64,000 bases of DNA from an uncultured Campylobacterales bacterium (GTDB lineage Bacteria > Campylobacterota > Campylobacteria > Campylobacterales > Sulfurimonadaceae), in assembly GCA_964474335.1 (NCBI GenBank), contig CAYYRS010000001.1, forward strand, positions 38,254 to 102,253, read 5' to 3'. Positions 62,052 to 64,000 of the stretch are shown here, piece after piece. How positions within the stretch are numbered: position 1 is the stretch's first letter; each line of letters opens with the position of its first letter. The translations under genes were made by a program, and so were the position numbers. Under the pieces are notes generated by a model. That model made no database searches. It was not told where the DNA came from and saw only the letters and a list, made by a program, of their open reading frames with translations.

Positions 62052-62846
62052 CTAATTCTCATTAATTTTAATAGTTGCATACATACCAGGATAAATTCTA
62101 TGATATTGGTTTTTAAAGGAAATTTTAATTTTAAATGAATGTGTCACAGGATTTGAATTTGGAATAATTGACGATATAATTCCCACGCTTTTCATCTCAA
62201 TAGATGGAATACGAACAATGACTTTTTTACCTATGTGAATATATTTTAAATTTTGACTAGCAACAGAGACTATAACTTTTAAATCTTGTAAATCTGATAA
62301 AATCATGGCCGGCATACCTGGCATTGCCATATCTCCAACACGAATATTATTTTTAATAATAACTCCATTGTTTGGTGCTTTTATAGTGAGATATTTATAC
62401 TGACTTTGTACCTCTTTTAATCTCAATAAAGCTTGTAAGAGCTGTTTTTTTGCGATACCAATCATATTTTGTAGATTACTAGTAGCTAGTTGTAGATTTT
62501 CAACATCATATTTTGAGACCATATTTTTTTTGTAGAGATACTGATATCTGTGTAAGTTTAATAATGTATTGTTATATCTATTTTCATACATTTGAAGTGA
62601 TAGTCTTGCTTGTCCAATGGCTAGTTTTACCTGTTGCGCCATTAAATTTATATTTCTTGAATCTATCTTGTAAAGTAGTTGTCCTTTTTTTACATGATTA
62701 CCAACTGATATAAAAAGATTTGTTACGAAGCCCATATTTCTACTCGTTATTATTTTTTGATTATCTGAGATCACATGACCTGATAAAGTTAAACTTTGTG
62801 CAAAAACTACCGATGCCATTAGTAACGCGAATATTATTTTTTTCAT
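62052..62846 (-). CDS. RND efflux periplasmic adaptor (HlyD/MFP family), short form
   Basis: Signal peptide, lipoyl-like segment (GFVTNLFISVGNHVKKGQLLYKID), coiled-coil hairpin and beta-barrel (LTIKAPNNGVI). Only 264 aa. Confidence 0.85.
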   Translation of the reverse strand: MKKIIFALLMASVVFAQSLTLSGHVISDNQKIITSRNMGFVTNLFISVGNHVKKGQLLYKIDSRNINLMAQQVKLAIGQARLSLQMYENRYNNTLLNLHRYQYLYKKNMVSKYDVENLQLATSNLQNMIGIAKKQLLQALLRLKEVQSQYKYLTIKAPNNGVIIKNNIRVGDMAMPGMPAMILSDLQDLKVIVSVASQNLKYIHIGKKVIVRIPSIEMKSVGIISSIIPNSNPVTHSFKIKISFKNQYHRIYPGMYATIKINEN

Positions 62847-64000
62847 TATTGTTCCTCATTTGATATCTGTTGTAACTCAAATATACTGTTATTTCTTTTA
62901 TTTTTGATTGCTTGAAGTTTAAGTATGATTTGAATTTCTTTTGATTGTTTGACAATTACATCATTTATTGAAACTAATTGTTCATGATATCTATCCTGAT
63001 AATTTTTATATATGGCATCTGCTAATTTAAGACTTTGTTTCAGCGAATCTATTTTATAGTTAAAAGATTTTATCTGCGTTTTTATCTTTTCTACTTTTAG
63101 CAAAATAGCCTGCTTTGCTAAATCCAATCTTGTACCGGCTTTTAATTGTTGTATTTTAGCTTTTTGGATAATTGCATTATCTAATCCACCACTAAAAATA
63201 TTCCAAGTTAGTTTAGCTCCTACGGTATATGCTTTGTGTTTATTCGCATTTCCTAAAAATGTATTATCAGCAGTTGAAATTTGAGCAAATGCACCAATGC
63301 TTGGATAATATGATGATTCACTCGCTTTTACTAAATTATGACTAATATTAAGTCCAGCTTCAGCTTTTTTTATATTTATATTGTCTAATAATATTTTTTG
63401 GTCTGTAATGTTTGGCATCTTTACATTTTGAGATGGTAAAATAATGGAAGTAATTTTTTTATTTAGTAAAAAGTCAAGATATTGGTAAAGTAACTGCTCG
63501 TTTATTTGCATCTGATTTAACAGACGTTTTATATTTGCACGTTTTGCTTCTACTTCTAAAATATCAATATTAGTCGCGTAACCCTCTTTTACCATCTGCT
63601 TTGCAGTTGCTTTTAACATATTTATATTTTTTAAAATTATATTTAACTGCTTAATTGTATTTGAAATGAGTGACAAATTGTAATATATTTTTTTAACTTG
63701 AAAAACTTTTGTATGTATTAGTTGTTGTGTATTAAGAGTTTTCATCTTTTTTAGAGATTGTGCTATATTTTTATAACTAGTTAATTTAAATCCAGTAAAT
63801 ATAGGTACTTTGTAACGCAAAGAACTTTGAAAAAAACTATAATCACCTGGATAATTTAGTGCATCTGGTGGTGTAGAATTTGTAATCTTTCCAAATTGAG
63901 AAAAGCCAAAATCATTAAATGTAGCCTTGCGTGATGTGAGCTTAAATCCAAATACACTTAAAGCGTTATTGCTTCTCGCAGCTGTTTGTATAAAATCAAG
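62846..64000 (-). CDS. TolC-family outer membrane efflux protein; 5' end beyond window
   Basis: The frame stays open upstream of the ORF-track TTG through to position 64000 (LDFIQTAARSNNALSVFGFKLTSRKATFNDFG...). It shows two coiled-coil/beta repeats typical of OEP family proteins. The stop overlaps the MFP start (TAATG). Confidence 0.85.
   Translation of the reverse strand, partial: LDFIQTAARSNNALSVFGFKLTSRKATFNDFGFSQFGKITNSTPPDALNYPGDYSFFQSSLRYKVPIFTGFKLTSYKNIAQSLKKMKTLNTQQLIHTKVFQVKKIYYNLSLISNTIKQLNIILKNINMLKATAKQMVKEGYATNIDILEVEAKRANIKRLLNQMQINEQLLYQYLDFLLNKKITSIILPSQNVKMPNITDQKILLDNINIKKAEAGLNISHNLVKASESSYYPSIGAFAQISTADNTFLGNANKHKAYTVGAKLTWNIFSGGLDNAIIQKAKIQQLKAGTRLDLAKQAILLKVEKIKTQIKSFNYKIDSLKQSLKLADAIYKNYQDRYHEQLVSINDVIVKQSKEIQIILKLQAIKNKRNNSIFELQQISNEEQ

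Noticed and set aside
1-64000. Search for CRISPR arrays, tRNA, rRNA, tmRNA or SRP RNA genes, and for defence or toxin-antitoxin islands
   Set aside because: No regularly spaced direct repeats were seen. All intergenic gaps are 253 bp or shorter and AT-rich, with no cloverleaf-capable GC-rich segments. Every multi-gene block is assignable to housekeeping functions, apart from the few isolated unknowns listed as findings.

Overview
This is an AT-rich window that is almost entirely conserved housekeeping genes. The gene content points to a Campylobacterota (epsilonproteobacterial) chromosome, which is an inference from the fused CcsBA cytochrome c synthase, the ppiD-like/ftsA/ftsZ and rpmH-rnpA-yidD-yidC-jag-mnmE clusters, and the HDOD and PAS-GGDEF signalling genes. 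I support about 60 CDS, listed under features. rpmH, rnpA, an edge-truncated ABC-F ATPase and an edge-truncated TolC are missing or misrepresented in the ORF track and were found by manual translation. No tRNA, rRNA or CRISPR array is visible, and I found no convincing novel multi-gene system such as a defence island. The observations most worth a second look are: (1) a degenerate IS110-family insertion whose upstream non-coding end is a stem-closed structured region, consistent with a bridge-RNA-type guide; (2) an AcrB-type RND pump encoded as two half-size ORFs joined by a TAATG stop/start overlap in the TM6-TM7 loop; (3) an intact rnpA frame with no canonical start codon; (4) a 24-bp-stem perfect palindrome flanked by 9-bp direct repeats between two convergent genes; (5) a HAIR-like (HspR-type) operator over a near-consensus clpB promoter. 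Several conserved-context genes of unknown function are also flagged. All functional calls rest on motif recognition by eye, since no searches could be run.
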